A stretch of 64,000 nucleotides of DNA from a virus. The DNA lies in IMG/VR virus record IMGVR_UViG_3300008267_000054, positions 1 through 64,000 of that record, one strand, 5' to 3'. Both the position numbers and the translations under genes were made by a program. A model generated the notes under the pieces. It made no database searches. It was given only the letters and a program-made list of their open reading frames with translations, and had not been told where the DNA came from. This document shows positions 39,001 to 48,254 of the stretch, one piece after another; position 1 is the stretch's first letter, and every line of letters begins with the position of its first letter.

Positions 39001-39603
39001 CCATCAACTGGTGGGGATATTTTACCTCTTGAAGATACAATTAATGCATTTGACGATGCACTTAGTGGAGTATACGATTATCAGGAAGGCACAGCACAAG
39101 TAATAATAGAAGCAGGTTCAGTATCAGTATCTGACACAAATCTAGTTGATTCGGATCCAATTAATGCTGCACTAGCTTACAGAACAACTGGAGCAGCAAT
39201 AGAATACAATAATGAAAATGTATTAGAATTAACAGACACAGTTGTTTCTAGAGATGCAGAAGGAGCTCAATATAGCTACTATACTTGGTTCCAAACTGGA
39301 TCAGGAGATAATGATTGGGTTTATGGAGAAGGTGTTAGTGAGGATATTTGGAATCCAATTCAACCAGTTGTACTACAAAATGCATTAAGCTCAGTTTATA
39401 TAACACCAACTGATAGATTCAACAACAAATTTACTAACACGTATCTACAATTTTATCAAGATTATGATTTAGCAACTAGAGGATTATTGGAATCATATGG
39501 AATGAGTACAGCTGTAGGAGCGGGTCAATCTGGATTCTATATTACTGAGTTAGCAGGAGAGTATGTAATTGTTGCCTATAATAATAACACAATACCATTA
39601 TAA
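36064..39603 (+). CDS. Large baseplate wedge protein (gp7/tail protein I-like core plus LamG-like region)
   Basis: NLPYLLKTKGTSRGIRALINCYGIP; GYVNEYRVW; LVKQFVPER. Confidence 0.7.
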   Translation: MPTLSNFTSTYDPASSVSIFGTMPPQLGVYPNDAILLDIYNFTNDYLETVYRTSTYSRQDYTISIDVEAALRNQSYLSGKYNVTAKFLRNYLGSADGDKLVIQEVSSDRLEIRVTPVKLLENINNNLEDYFEFGFFQIDKKEVLPNLYVFKDNFTYFKVFDYVQDPFTFPNSPFSIIFKLTSPLPPELQVDDLIWIAQEVSQPIKDGVTVIPPARQLNVTTIAGPNFDIATQNTTNNVTDYKDWSDILSTNTDTSLSVINKLFSGSLIEGVDLNVDFRKFENFVHFGSSEERLRNFQYKMELLEYYDSRIYTLSQSYDGSPNSALTGSTEFVANILSAKTQKNALLGGFDSYEKYLYYESSSYVTNSFGEFYPTTWPKQNSSKPYVNYSVTSSEAQSWFTGIVSSASMFDLNNMNSLRKIVPEHVYVDPSNDQYILFIDMIGHYFDLIYAYVNQLTYINKRYESLTEGFAKDLVYSIGQSLGLNAENGAVMDDLWSYFLGTTRDGALQSPTYAFSVEDRTKEVWKRIIANLPYLLKTKGTSRGIRALINCYGIPSTILRVREFGGPEPTYYSATQEEYDQFYYGLYLSGSTSITAPTVSGLKALELRFRLHSSSLTSNTTFQVLTGPTTISVNPFTGTVVAGGQNILNVPLAELDTDWWTVLVNDGGRSYIGTNKYGTALIYSSSAAGASLNNTNSTIPGATNRLNGYVNEYRVWNKILDLEVYENHILAPTSFQGPQDDLIVGSTSSYDTLKVRHTFGADGKKFDASVTTSIASSHPNQLSTVANATLTGFGSNTSSYWIPQTETHYLEVVDGGPTRKVGNKIRIETTVVSASNQVQTNSSVLDSLQDLQPTDSPRVGVYFSPTDEVDEDINEQFGGLNLDDYIGDPEDYYRDEYSRLARTRHNYFKKYQKRNNTQGFIRLIQNYDSSLFQLVKQFVPERALLHTGLVVESHVLHRNKIANKQPSYENLYWTASIDPEPSTGGDILPLEDTINAFDDALSGVYDYQEGTAQVIIEAGSVSVSDTNLVDSDPINAALAYRTTGAAIEYNNENVLELTDTVVSRDAEGAQYSYYTWFQTGSGDNDWVYGEGVSEDIWNPIQPVVLQNALSSVYITPTDRFNNKFTNTYLQFYQDYDLATRGLLESYGMSTAVGAGQSGFYITELAGEYVIVAYNNNTIPL

Positions 39604-39613
39604 AAATAATAGC

Positions 39614-40180
39614 ATGTCATCAACAGCTACAGGAACAATTAGCAAAGTCTTTGATACAACAAGTACACAGAGATACAGAATTAGAATGCAAATAAAACCA
39701 CAATTAAATGATGCTTATGAGATAGTTGTTGGTATTGGGCAGAATGCAACCTATAGAACATTAATAACATCACCAGCATATGGTAATACTGTGTGGGTTG
39801 GTATTGATGAAATAGTTACTGTATTACCAACAGATAATAGAAATATGCGAATACAAGTAACTTCAACCTCAACTTTAGGTGCAGAACAATCAACCTACTT
39901 CTACATGAAAAACCTATTAGTTGAAAAACTAGTTAAGTCAGAAGTACAAGATAGTGATTTATTTGGTGGTGGTAGAAGATTTTCATACTACGAAGGTAGT
40001 AAAATGACATCACAAGATTTTAATGTTGATAGTCCTGATACAGCAGACGGTGGTCCAGTAATAGTAGTGAATACAGTATCACCAAACACACCATCATCTA
40101 ATCCTATTGGAACATCTACTGGAGCAGCACAAGAAGGTCGAGCAATAGTAAACAGATCACCAAGTTCTAATGCATCATAA
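39614..40180 (+). CDS. Virion structural protein, possibly the split C-terminus of the preceding gene
   Basis: Probable ATG at 39614; frame is open from 39569. Confidence 0.65.
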   Translation: MSSTATGTISKVFDTTSTQRYRIRMQIKPQLNDAYEIVVGIGQNATYRTLITSPAYGNTVWVGIDEIVTVLPTDNRNMRIQVTSTSTLGAEQSTYFYMKNLLVEKLVKSEVQDSDLFGGGRRFSYYEGSKMTSQDFNVDSPDTADGGPVIVVNTVSPNTPSSNPIGTSTGAAQEGRAIVNRSPSSNAS

Positions 40181-40237
40181 CATTATTTTCATATGTCGAC
40201 ATATTTATAATAAAATCAGCAATTTATAATATCAGAT

Positions 40238-40999
40238 ATGGGATACTTAGATAATACAACCGTAACCGTTGACGCAATTTTAACCAATAAAGGTAGACAG
40301 ATTCTTGCTCAAGGTGGTCAATTAAACATCACAAAATTTGCATTGGCAGATGATGAGGTTGATTATAGACTTTGGAATCCAGCACACTCACTAGGCTCTA
40401 ACTACTACGGTGCTGTTATTGAAAACATGCCAATCTTAGAGGCATCACCCGATGAAACACAGATGTTACGATATAAACTTGTAACATTACCACGAACAGC
40501 TGTTGGTATTCCGGTTATTTCAGTATCGGTAAGTACAATCAACTTTACAAGGTTGGCAGATGTAGCACCAGTAAGAGTAACAACTAGTAACTATACGGGT
40601 GGTAATGCAACACTTGGATACACTGCAATTTTATCTGACGACACAGTAGCAAGTTTAGAAGTTGCACCAGATGCAATTTTGGGATCAGCTGCAACAGCTC
40701 AGAGTGCACAAGCTCGTGTAGCATCACCAACTGAGACTCAGGCTGCATCAACTAGCGTACAAGCAACATTCTCAAGCTTCCTTGACGATGAAGTTGGAAG
40801 CATAACATCAGCAGGTAACACTGTTACAAGAACATCTAGTGGAGGCTTCATATTGAAACCAAAAGCAGTTATTGGAACTAAATCTGCTCTATTAACATTA
40901 ATTGCAAACGAAACTGGTGGATTTAAAACTATTGTGGTAACAACAACCAATACAATAGATGAGGGTACAGTTGATGTAATCAATAACGAACAAGCATAA
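40238..40999 (+). CDS. Baseplate/tail structural protein
   Basis: MGYLDNTTVTVDAILTNKGR...ITKFALADDEVDY; TATTTATA at 40202-40209. Confidence 0.75.
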   Translation: MGYLDNTTVTVDAILTNKGRQILAQGGQLNITKFALADDEVDYRLWNPAHSLGSNYYGAVIENMPILEASPDETQMLRYKLVTLPRTAVGIPVISVSVSTINFTRLADVAPVRVTTSNYTGGNATLGYTAILSDDTVASLEVAPDAILGSAATAQSAQARVASPTETQAASTSVQATFSSFLDDEVGSITSAGNTVTRTSSGGFILKPKAVIGTKSALLTLIANETGGFKTIVVTTTNTIDEGTVDVINNEQA

Positions 41000-41017
41000 A
41001 ATATAATATAAGCAAAA

Positions 41018-41995
41018 ATGGCAGACATTTATAAAAGATTTGCGTCAGATGACATAATCACACGAGACTTACAAATTGTTAGTAGCCCAGTATGGTCTGG
41101 TGATGTTAATCCGTTGACAACTTTCTTCAGTGCAAGTGCTAATACTTCCAGTTGGGAGTATTATGTACCGGTTTATGACAAGAATCCAAATACGGACGAT
41201 TCAGCAGCAGTGCAGTTTTCAATAGCATATGGACAATTATATGGTAGTGGATCCTTAGGCGACACAACAGTTGTTGATAGTACAGCTAATAGACCATCCA
41301 AAGCAGTATATAGCCAGTTTAAAAATTTACTATTACCACCAAGTCAAGAAGCTTTTGAGATTAATGGTGTAACTGCTCCTGATCTTTATTTTATTACACT
41401 TAATAGAGCTCGCTACAAGCAAAAAATGGATCCAGGTAACTGGCAACTAAAGCTAAGTGATACCTCAGTTCGAAGCTTCATAGATGATAGTGGTGCTGGA
41501 GTAGATCCAACTATTAACGAAGCAGGTAGAGTTTTCCAAATATACTCAGGTTCAGGTGGTGTAACAGCAAGTAACACAGTATATGGACTATCTTATCCTG
41601 ATCTTGGTATACTTGTATTCAGTGCATCTGCATTAGGAATAGCAGGAGGCACAACAAATAACTCAATTGCAGCTAATAAAAACGCTTTCGAGTTTTATCT
41701 TGCAATATCCGAATCCGGTTACTTTGCAGCTAGAACTGAAGAAAAAGTAACATCTAATCATTACTTTGTTAGAGTAACAAATCAACAATTTAACTTTAGT
41801 AATAATCCAACTTTCATTACTGGATCTAATGGTATGTTTAGATGGAGTACTATGAGAAGAAATCCTCAAGTATACATTACAACTGTTGGTTTATATGATG
41901 ATAATAATAGACTATTAGCGGTAGCAAAATTGTCAAGACCATTGTTAAAATCCTTCAATAGAGAGGCTTTAATTAAAGTTAAGATTGATTATTAA
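41018..41995 (+). CDS. Virion structural protein with tail-collar/fibre-attachment-like C-terminus
   Basis: YITTVGLYDDNNRLLAVAKLSRP. Confidence 0.75.
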   Translation: MADIYKRFASDDIITRDLQIVSSPVWSGDVNPLTTFFSASANTSSWEYYVPVYDKNPNTDDSAAVQFSIAYGQLYGSGSLGDTTVVDSTANRPSKAVYSQFKNLLLPPSQEAFEINGVTAPDLYFITLNRARYKQKMDPGNWQLKLSDTSVRSFIDDSGAGVDPTINEAGRVFQIYSGSGGVTASNTVYGLSYPDLGILVFSASALGIAGGTTNNSIAANKNAFEFYLAISESGYFAARTEEKVTSNHYFVRVTNQQFNFSNNPTFITGSNGMFRWSTMRRNPQVYITTVGLYDDNNRLLAVAKLSRPLLKSFNREALIKVKIDY

Positions 41996-42023
41996 ACCAC
42001 TCTTATAATAGAATTGTAAGACC

Positions 42024-42050
42024 GACCCTCCTTCTTGGAGGGTTTCTTTT
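42024..42050 (+). terminator. Intrinsic terminator
   Basis: GACCCTCC-ttctt-GGAGGGTT followed by TCTTTT. Confidence 0.8.
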
Positions 42051-42071
42051 ATGAACTATATTTATTAGTAT

Positions 42072-43730
42072 ATGAGCGGAGTATACAAATCACTACAACC
42101 AAAGGATATTAGGACAACTCCTTATAGAGCACATAAGTCCATAATCACAACCTTTACCGGAAATGAATCTGATGAGTGTAAAGTTTATGAATCAGAACAC
42201 TCGTTAAGCTCTTCCTATAACTTCTACCAGCAAGGACGCACAAACTTGGATTATGGTAATCCATACTTTACTGGGGAGTTTTCAACAACAACTGACGGCT
42301 ATTATAAGACAGCTGTTCACACACAACTAGATCATCTATTCTATCGTGAATATCTATCCAATAATAAAGCAACGTTGGGTGGAGGAGCACCAATACTATT
42401 TCAGTATAGAGATCTAGGATACAAAGCGTTAGTTATCAGCTTTGGTACAAAAAAAGTTGGAGAGGGTATACTACCAGATAGTCTACAAATAACCGCTAGT
42501 GGTTATACAATTAGTGATGATTTGTATGGCAATCTAGTTTTTGATGGATTGGCAAACTCCGATGCAGCAGATTATGACAATGTAATGTCTAGCTACACAT
42601 TCAACAGATATTATGAGTATGTTTCAGAAGGAGCAGTTCCATATCTAGAACAGCCAGTAGCTTATGGTAGTTATAAGTTGTTTGCATCTTTTAGTAACCT
42701 AGCATTCACAACACCAGGTAATAATGGAACTGTTGCAGCAAAGTTTGTATCATCACAACAATCTGCAATGATGTTGGGTGCAAATACTGAGCTAAAGGAT
42801 GTGTACAATATGTACAACAGAGATTATGCAATAGCTTTCCGTATAAAGGTAAATAGTGCACCATCAAGCGATGCAGTTATACTTGCAAAGCAGGATAGAA
42901 TGACTGATGTTGCAATTAACCTCAACGGTGATTTATTTACCGATACAAACGTACCATCACAATATCCATATAAGCTAGAATTAACTACAGGTAGAAAGGT
43001 AAAATTTAGTAAGAGTGATACACAAACAACAATAAGTATGGAATCTGCAGCACTAATTGTAGATAACACATATGATGTTGTTTTAATGAGAACTGGATCA
43101 CAGTTTAAACTGTACTTGGATGGTGGAGCACCTACAACATTAACAGATACCTTTGTACAGAACATAGGACAAAATACAGCATTTAATACTTCTGGATTAC
43201 CAACAAAAGAGCAAGATTGTGGTAATCGTTGTAATCTATATGTTGGAAACAGCTACAATAGAACAGAGGGTATAGATGCAGAAATAAGCTATTTACACAT
43301 ATTTGATAGAAGCTTAACTGAAGGGGAGGTAGATAATCTCAACGACAACGATGGTTGGTTGGGTAATTATTGTGGTAATGTGTTTTATAATTTAGGTTTA
43401 ATTGTTCTAACTCACCCGCAACTTACCGATGCATCCTTAACAGCTTTAAGATGTAAAGGTACAGTTAGTATGAGAGAAACAGAGGTATATTGTACAGTTG
43501 GACCAGGCGAATTTAATGTAACACATAATAGGAGTATACAATATTGGAACCCTGTCCACAATCAGTTTGAAATAGATTCAAGATATACTGGTTCCTTATT
43601 TCAACCATATGTAACATCAGTAGGACTATATAACGATAATAATGAGTTGATAGCAGTTGCAAAATTATCAACACCAATACAAACATCCAAAACAACTGAC
43701 ACAACTTTTGTTGTGAGGTACGATTTTTAA
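42072..43730 (+). CDS. Virion structural protein with LamG-like insert, paralog of 41018
   Basis: FKLYLDG...LYVGN...ISYLHIFDRSLT; C-terminal YVTSVGLYNDNNELIAVAKLSTP. Confidence 0.75.
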   Translation: MSGVYKSLQPKDIRTTPYRAHKSIITTFTGNESDECKVYESEHSLSSSYNFYQQGRTNLDYGNPYFTGEFSTTTDGYYKTAVHTQLDHLFYREYLSNNKATLGGGAPILFQYRDLGYKALVISFGTKKVGEGILPDSLQITASGYTISDDLYGNLVFDGLANSDAADYDNVMSSYTFNRYYEYVSEGAVPYLEQPVAYGSYKLFASFSNLAFTTPGNNGTVAAKFVSSQQSAMMLGANTELKDVYNMYNRDYAIAFRIKVNSAPSSDAVILAKQDRMTDVAINLNGDLFTDTNVPSQYPYKLELTTGRKVKFSKSDTQTTISMESAALIVDNTYDVVLMRTGSQFKLYLDGGAPTTLTDTFVQNIGQNTAFNTSGLPTKEQDCGNRCNLYVGNSYNRTEGIDAEISYLHIFDRSLTEGEVDNLNDNDGWLGNYCGNVFYNLGLIVLTHPQLTDASLTALRCKGTVSMRETEVYCTVGPGEFNVTHNRSIQYWNPVHNQFEIDSRYTGSLFQPYVTSVGLYNDNNELIAVAKLSTPIQTSKTTDTTFVVRYDF

Positions 43731-43731
43731 C

Positions 43732-44133
43732 ATGGCTAAAAAGGTTACAAAAAGACAAGCTGCAAGAATAAAAGGTTATAGAAGCGGTCTTGAGGAAGAC
43801 ATTGATAATAGTTTAAAGGCAGTTGGCATTGATGGTCAATATGAGCAAAATAAGATAGCTTATACCAAACCAGCAACCCACCATAAGTACACACCAGATT
43901 TTAGATTACCAAATGGTATATTTGTTGAAACAAAGGGTAGATTTGTAACAGCTGATAGAAAAAAGCATCTACTGATAAAAGAACAGCATCCAGACTTGGA
44001 TATCAGATTTCTTTTTCAAAACGCTAATAATAGAATAAGTAAGAAGTCAAAAACTACATATGCTGATTGGTGTAATAAGTATGGTTTTCTGTATGCTGAA
44101 AAAGAAATACCAAAAGAGTGGCTATCACAATAA
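43732..44133 (+). CDS. T7 endonuclease I-like Holliday junction resolvase
   Basis: YRSGLE, YTPDF.LPNGIFVETKG.F...DRKKHLLIKEQHPDLDIRF, TTYADWC. Confidence 0.92.
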   Translation: MAKKVTKRQAARIKGYRSGLEEDIDNSLKAVGIDGQYEQNKIAYTKPATHHKYTPDFRLPNGIFVETKGRFVTADRKKHLLIKEQHPDLDIRFLFQNANNRISKKSKTTYADWCNKYGFLYAEKEIPKEWLSQ

Positions 44134-44153
44134 AAATTGTGTATAGTTTACTA

Positions 44154-45077
44154 ATGGCGCAAGAACTGCAATCACATAAAGTAATAACATTATTAAATGC
44201 TCATCTTGGAGAAGCATCTCTACATAGAAAGGGTGAGGTAAGTTATTATTGTCCATTATGTAACCATTATAAGAAAAAACTACAAGTAAACTTAGTAAGT
44301 CAGAGATGGCATTGTTGGGTTTGTGGTACGAAAGGTAACGGTCTATATAATCTGTTCAAGAAGACAGGAGCTTCACAAGATCTATTACAATCAGCAAAGG
44401 AAATATCAATTGGTAAGTCAAATCAAACTAATACAGATGAATCTGTTATTAAGCAATTACCAACCGAGTTTAGACCACTTCATATTAACTGGAATACCCC
44501 ACACTACAAAAATGCACTCCATTATATTGTAAATGTTAGAGGTTTAACACCACTAGATGTATTAAGATATAACATAGGTTATTGTGAAGAGGGTGATTAT
44601 AATGGTATGATTATAATTCCAAGTTATGACATTAATAATCAATTAAATTATTTTGTTGGTCGTAGTTACTACAGTGGTGCCTTTAAACATAAAAATCCAA
44701 CTTGGAGTAAGGATATTATAGGCTTCGAAAACCAAATAGATTTCAACCAACCAGTTGTGTTAGTAGAAGGTGCATTTGATGCAATATCAACAAAACGCAA
44801 TGCAATTCCGTTGTTTGGCAAAAAAATAATGCCTACTTTAAGACAAACTATTATTACAAAAAAAGTACCCAAATTGTACATATCACTTGATCAAGATGCA
44901 ATAGAGAGTGCATTAAGTGAGTTGGAATATTACATGAATTCTGGCATTGAAGTGTACTTTGTAAATTTAACCGGTAAAGATCCAAATGAGCTAGGTTTCA
45001 GTAGTATGGTGCAGTTAATTAAAAGCTGCAATCCATTTACTTTTTCGGATCTTATTAAACATAAATTAGCTATATGA
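44154..45077 (+). CDS. DNA primase (zinc finger plus TOPRIM)
   Basis: CPLC..H...WHCWVC; LVEGAFDA; ISLDQDA; KDPNE. Confidence 0.9.
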   Translation: MAQELQSHKVITLLNAHLGEASLHRKGEVSYYCPLCNHYKKKLQVNLVSQRWHCWVCGTKGNGLYNLFKKTGASQDLLQSAKEISIGKSNQTNTDESVIKQLPTEFRPLHINWNTPHYKNALHYIVNVRGLTPLDVLRYNIGYCEEGDYNGMIIIPSYDINNQLNYFVGRSYYSGAFKHKNPTWSKDIIGFENQIDFNQPVVLVEGAFDAISTKRNAIPLFGKKIMPTLRQTIITKKVPKLYISLDQDAIESALSELEYYMNSGIEVYFVNLTGKDPNELGFSSMVQLIKSCNPFTFSDLIKHKLAI

Positions 45078-48000
45078 AAAAAATTAATTGTGGATTAGAT
45101 AAAGTTGATTATATTGTTTTTGTTAGTGATATACACATCCGTAATTGGAAAAGACACAAGGAGTATCAAGAAGTTTTTGACAAACTAAACACACTTGTAA
45201 AAAATTCACCACCAAACACAGTAGTTGTTATTGGTGGTGATATTGTGCATGCCAAAACGGATATGAGTCCTGAGTTAATACAGATGGTCTCCTACTTTTT
45301 CACAGGATTGGCAGATCTTGTGCCTACGTTTGTAATTTGTGGTAATCACGATACAAACCTAAATAATAACAATAGGTTAGATGCATTAACACCAATAATT
45401 GATGCACTAAAACATCCAGGCCTCTACTATTTGAGAGACACAGGAAACTTTGAAGTTGGTGATATAGCCTTCACGGTAATGTCTGTATTGGATGCACCGG
45501 ATAAGTACCCAAGTGTAGATTCCATTAAGAAAAAAGTAAAGAGAAAATTTGCTTTGTACCATGGAACAGTTGAAGCTAGTACAACCGATACTGGTATTAA
45601 ACTACTACAAGGATTGAGTAAAGATTACTTCAAAGGATACGACGCAGCATTACTTGGTGACATTCACAAGAGACAGATACTTAGCACTGACCCATTAATA
45701 TTTTATCCTGGATCACTAATTCAGCAGAATTTTGGAGAAGCCTATGAAGGACATGGACCAGCTATATTGGATGTTAACACACTCGAATGCAAGTTTTTGG
45801 ATATACCAAACGATTATGGCTATTATACTTTAACTGTAGAAGATGGGGTATTACCAGACAATCTACCGATAACATCTAAAACTAGTGTTCGAGTTAAGAC
45901 AAAAAATACAACACCAGCACAATTAAAACGAGTCCTAGCAACAATAAGAAAAGACTACAAGAACAGTGATGTTGTTGTAATGAATATTGATGCAAAGGAT
46001 AACACAAAATCAACTGAAACTACATTTAGTGGTGGTGATGTGAGACGTGTGGAGTTTCAAAATGAAATGATAAAAGAGTTTCTCAGCAAGCAGAAAATTG
46101 ATGATGAAACACTAGATCAGATTTTCAATATAAACAAGCAATTAAATAGTCAATTACCACAAACTGAAACCGTTAGAAATGTTATATGGAAACCAAAGAA
46201 ATTTGAGTTTTCAAATATGTTCTCATATGGTGAAAACAATGTTGTGGATTTTACCAATATGAATGGTTTATGTGGTCTATTTGCACCAAACCATTCGGGA
46301 AAATCAGCAACACTTGATGCATTGTGTTTTTGTTTATTTGATCACTCGTTCCGTGCTAGTAAAGCAGACCAGGTATTAAATAATAAATCAGATTGGTTTA
46401 CGTGTAAATTTAATTTCGAGTTAGAAGGTGTTGATTATTTTATTGAGAAGAGGGCAACAAGATATGCAAAGGGTCCATTAGCGGGCAAGCTTAGGGTTGA
46501 TATTGACTTTTGGTATGTCAATGAGGATGGTGAAACTGTCTCATTAAACGGTGAACAGAGACGAGATACTGATAAAATTATTCAATCTTATGTTGGTACA
46601 TTCGACGATTTTATTTTAACAGCTCTATCTTTACAGGGTAACAACTCCAATTTTATTGAAAAGACTCAAAGTGAGAGAAAAGAGCTCCTTGCTAATTTTT
46701 TAGATCTCAATATATTTGATCAACTATATGAGCTGGCAAATAAGGAAACCAGAGCATCAGCAATTTTACTTGAAGAGTATCAAAAGAAGGATTTTGAAAC
46801 AGTTTTAGGTGATGCGGAAAATGCTAAAGAGAGTTGTGAAAAGGAATATAAGACAAAAGAGATTGAGCACAAATCAATTAAGAAGGAATTAGATAGCACA
46901 AACAATAATATACTGACACTAACTAAAAAACTTAGACCTAATAAAGCACAAGATCTTGATCTTAGTGCATTAGAGTCTGGAAAAGTGCTTTTGGAAAATG
47001 CTTTAAAAGAAGAGCAGTCAAGACTTGGTGAACTTGTTGTTACACAAACTAGTTTAGATACTGAAATACAAGCAGTCAAAAAAACACTCTCTGCATATAA
47101 TGAGGTTACGTTAACAAAAAACTACGATGCATACACTAATATGCAATCAAAGCAAAAGAAAGTAAATCTAGAGTTAGATCAGCTAAAAGTAACAATAAAA
47201 GCAAAACTAGACAAGCTCAACAACCTACAGAAACATGAATACGATCCAAATTGTAAGTATTGTGTAGATAATGTATTTGTAAAAGATGCTATAAAGACAA
47301 AACAAGAACTTGATCTAGATAAAACTACTGTTGCTACAAAGCTTGAAGAAAAAAAGGAAATAGAAGTTTATTTAAATGAACAAGTTGTTTATCAAATGGA
47401 TTATGAAAATTATACTTTTTGCAAAACACAATTAAAAGACTTAACGGGTAAATACAATATTACTACTTCAAAGATAGAGACTGCAACACACTCAATTGAG
47501 GGCATAAAACATAAGATAGAGTCTGTTGAAAACAATATTAATCTGTATCACGAGAACGAGCAAGACATTAGTCATAATAATTTAGTGAACAAACAAATAC
47601 AAGAAATCAACAGCTCACTAGAAGCTATTAAAACAAAAGAACAGCTTATAACAAAAGAAATGCAAGTACTGCATGGAAAAATAGCTGTTGCAGACAAGAC
47701 TATTGAGGAATGTGTAAAGAACATAGATCACATGCAAGAACTTGCAGACAAACAAATAGCATATGGTCTATACACACAAGCGATTAGTAGAGATGGTATA
47801 CAGTACAATTTAATATCAAAGGCAATACCACACATTGAACAGTATGTTAATAATTTATTAGCACAGATTACAGATTTTACATTAACGTTTGAAGCGGATG
47901 GAAAGTCTATCAACGTGTATATATGTTATGAAACTAATAAGTGGCCACTTGAATTATCATCTGGTATGGAAAAATTTATATCTAGTTTAGCAATTAGAGT

Positions 48001-48232
48001 TGCCTTAATAAAGATAACAAATCTACCAAAACCAAATTTTATAGCAATTGATGAAGGACTTGGTGTATTGGATAGCAGTAATCTTAATTCTATGCATATG
48101 CTATTCAATCATTTAAAAGATCTGTTTAAGTTCTCACTTGTAATATCCCATATTGATGTTGTTCGTGATATGGTTGATCACATACTAACAATTGATAAGA
48201 GAGGAGAGTTTAGCTACATAAATTATCAATAG
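45074..48232 (+). CDS. Fused SbcD-SbcC (gp47-gp46 / Mre11-Rad50-like) nuclease-ATPase
   Basis: SDIH, GGDIVH, GNHD, LGDIH, YPGS; then APNHSGKS, CKYC hook, LSSGMEKF, IAIDEG..LD, ISH. Confidence 0.93.
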   Translation: MKKINCGLDKVDYIVFVSDIHIRNWKRHKEYQEVFDKLNTLVKNSPPNTVVVIGGDIVHAKTDMSPELIQMVSYFFTGLADLVPTFVICGNHDTNLNNNNRLDALTPIIDALKHPGLYYLRDTGNFEVGDIAFTVMSVLDAPDKYPSVDSIKKKVKRKFALYHGTVEASTTDTGIKLLQGLSKDYFKGYDAALLGDIHKRQILSTDPLIFYPGSLIQQNFGEAYEGHGPAILDVNTLECKFLDIPNDYGYYTLTVEDGVLPDNLPITSKTSVRVKTKNTTPAQLKRVLATIRKDYKNSDVVVMNIDAKDNTKSTETTFSGGDVRRVEFQNEMIKEFLSKQKIDDETLDQIFNINKQLNSQLPQTETVRNVIWKPKKFEFSNMFSYGENNVVDFTNMNGLCGLFAPNHSGKSATLDALCFCLFDHSFRASKADQVLNNKSDWFTCKFNFELEGVDYFIEKRATRYAKGPLAGKLRVDIDFWYVNEDGETVSLNGEQRRDTDKIIQSYVGTFDDFILTALSLQGNNSNFIEKTQSERKELLANFLDLNIFDQLYELANKETRASAILLEEYQKKDFETVLGDAENAKESCEKEYKTKEIEHKSIKKELDSTNNNILTLTKKLRPNKAQDLDLSALESGKVLLENALKEEQSRLGELVVTQTSLDTEIQAVKKTLSAYNEVTLTKNYDAYTNMQSKQKKVNLELDQLKVTIKAKLDKLNNLQKHEYDPNCKYCVDNVFVKDAIKTKQELDLDKTTVATKLEEKKEIEVYLNEQVVYQMDYENYTFCKTQLKDLTGKYNITTSKIETATHSIEGIKHKIESVENNINLYHENEQDISHNNLVNKQIQEINSSLEAIKTKEQLITKEMQVLHGKIAVADKTIEECVKNIDHMQELADKQIAYGLYTQAISRDGIQYNLISKAIPHIEQYVNNLLAQITDFTLTFEADGKSINVYICYETNKWPLELSSGMEKFISSLAIRVALIKITNLPKPNFIAIDEGLGVLDSSNLNSMHMLFNHLKDLFKFSLVISHIDVVRDMVDHILTIDKRGEFSYINYQ

Positions 48233-48254
48233 ATATTTATGATAAACCGAGTTA

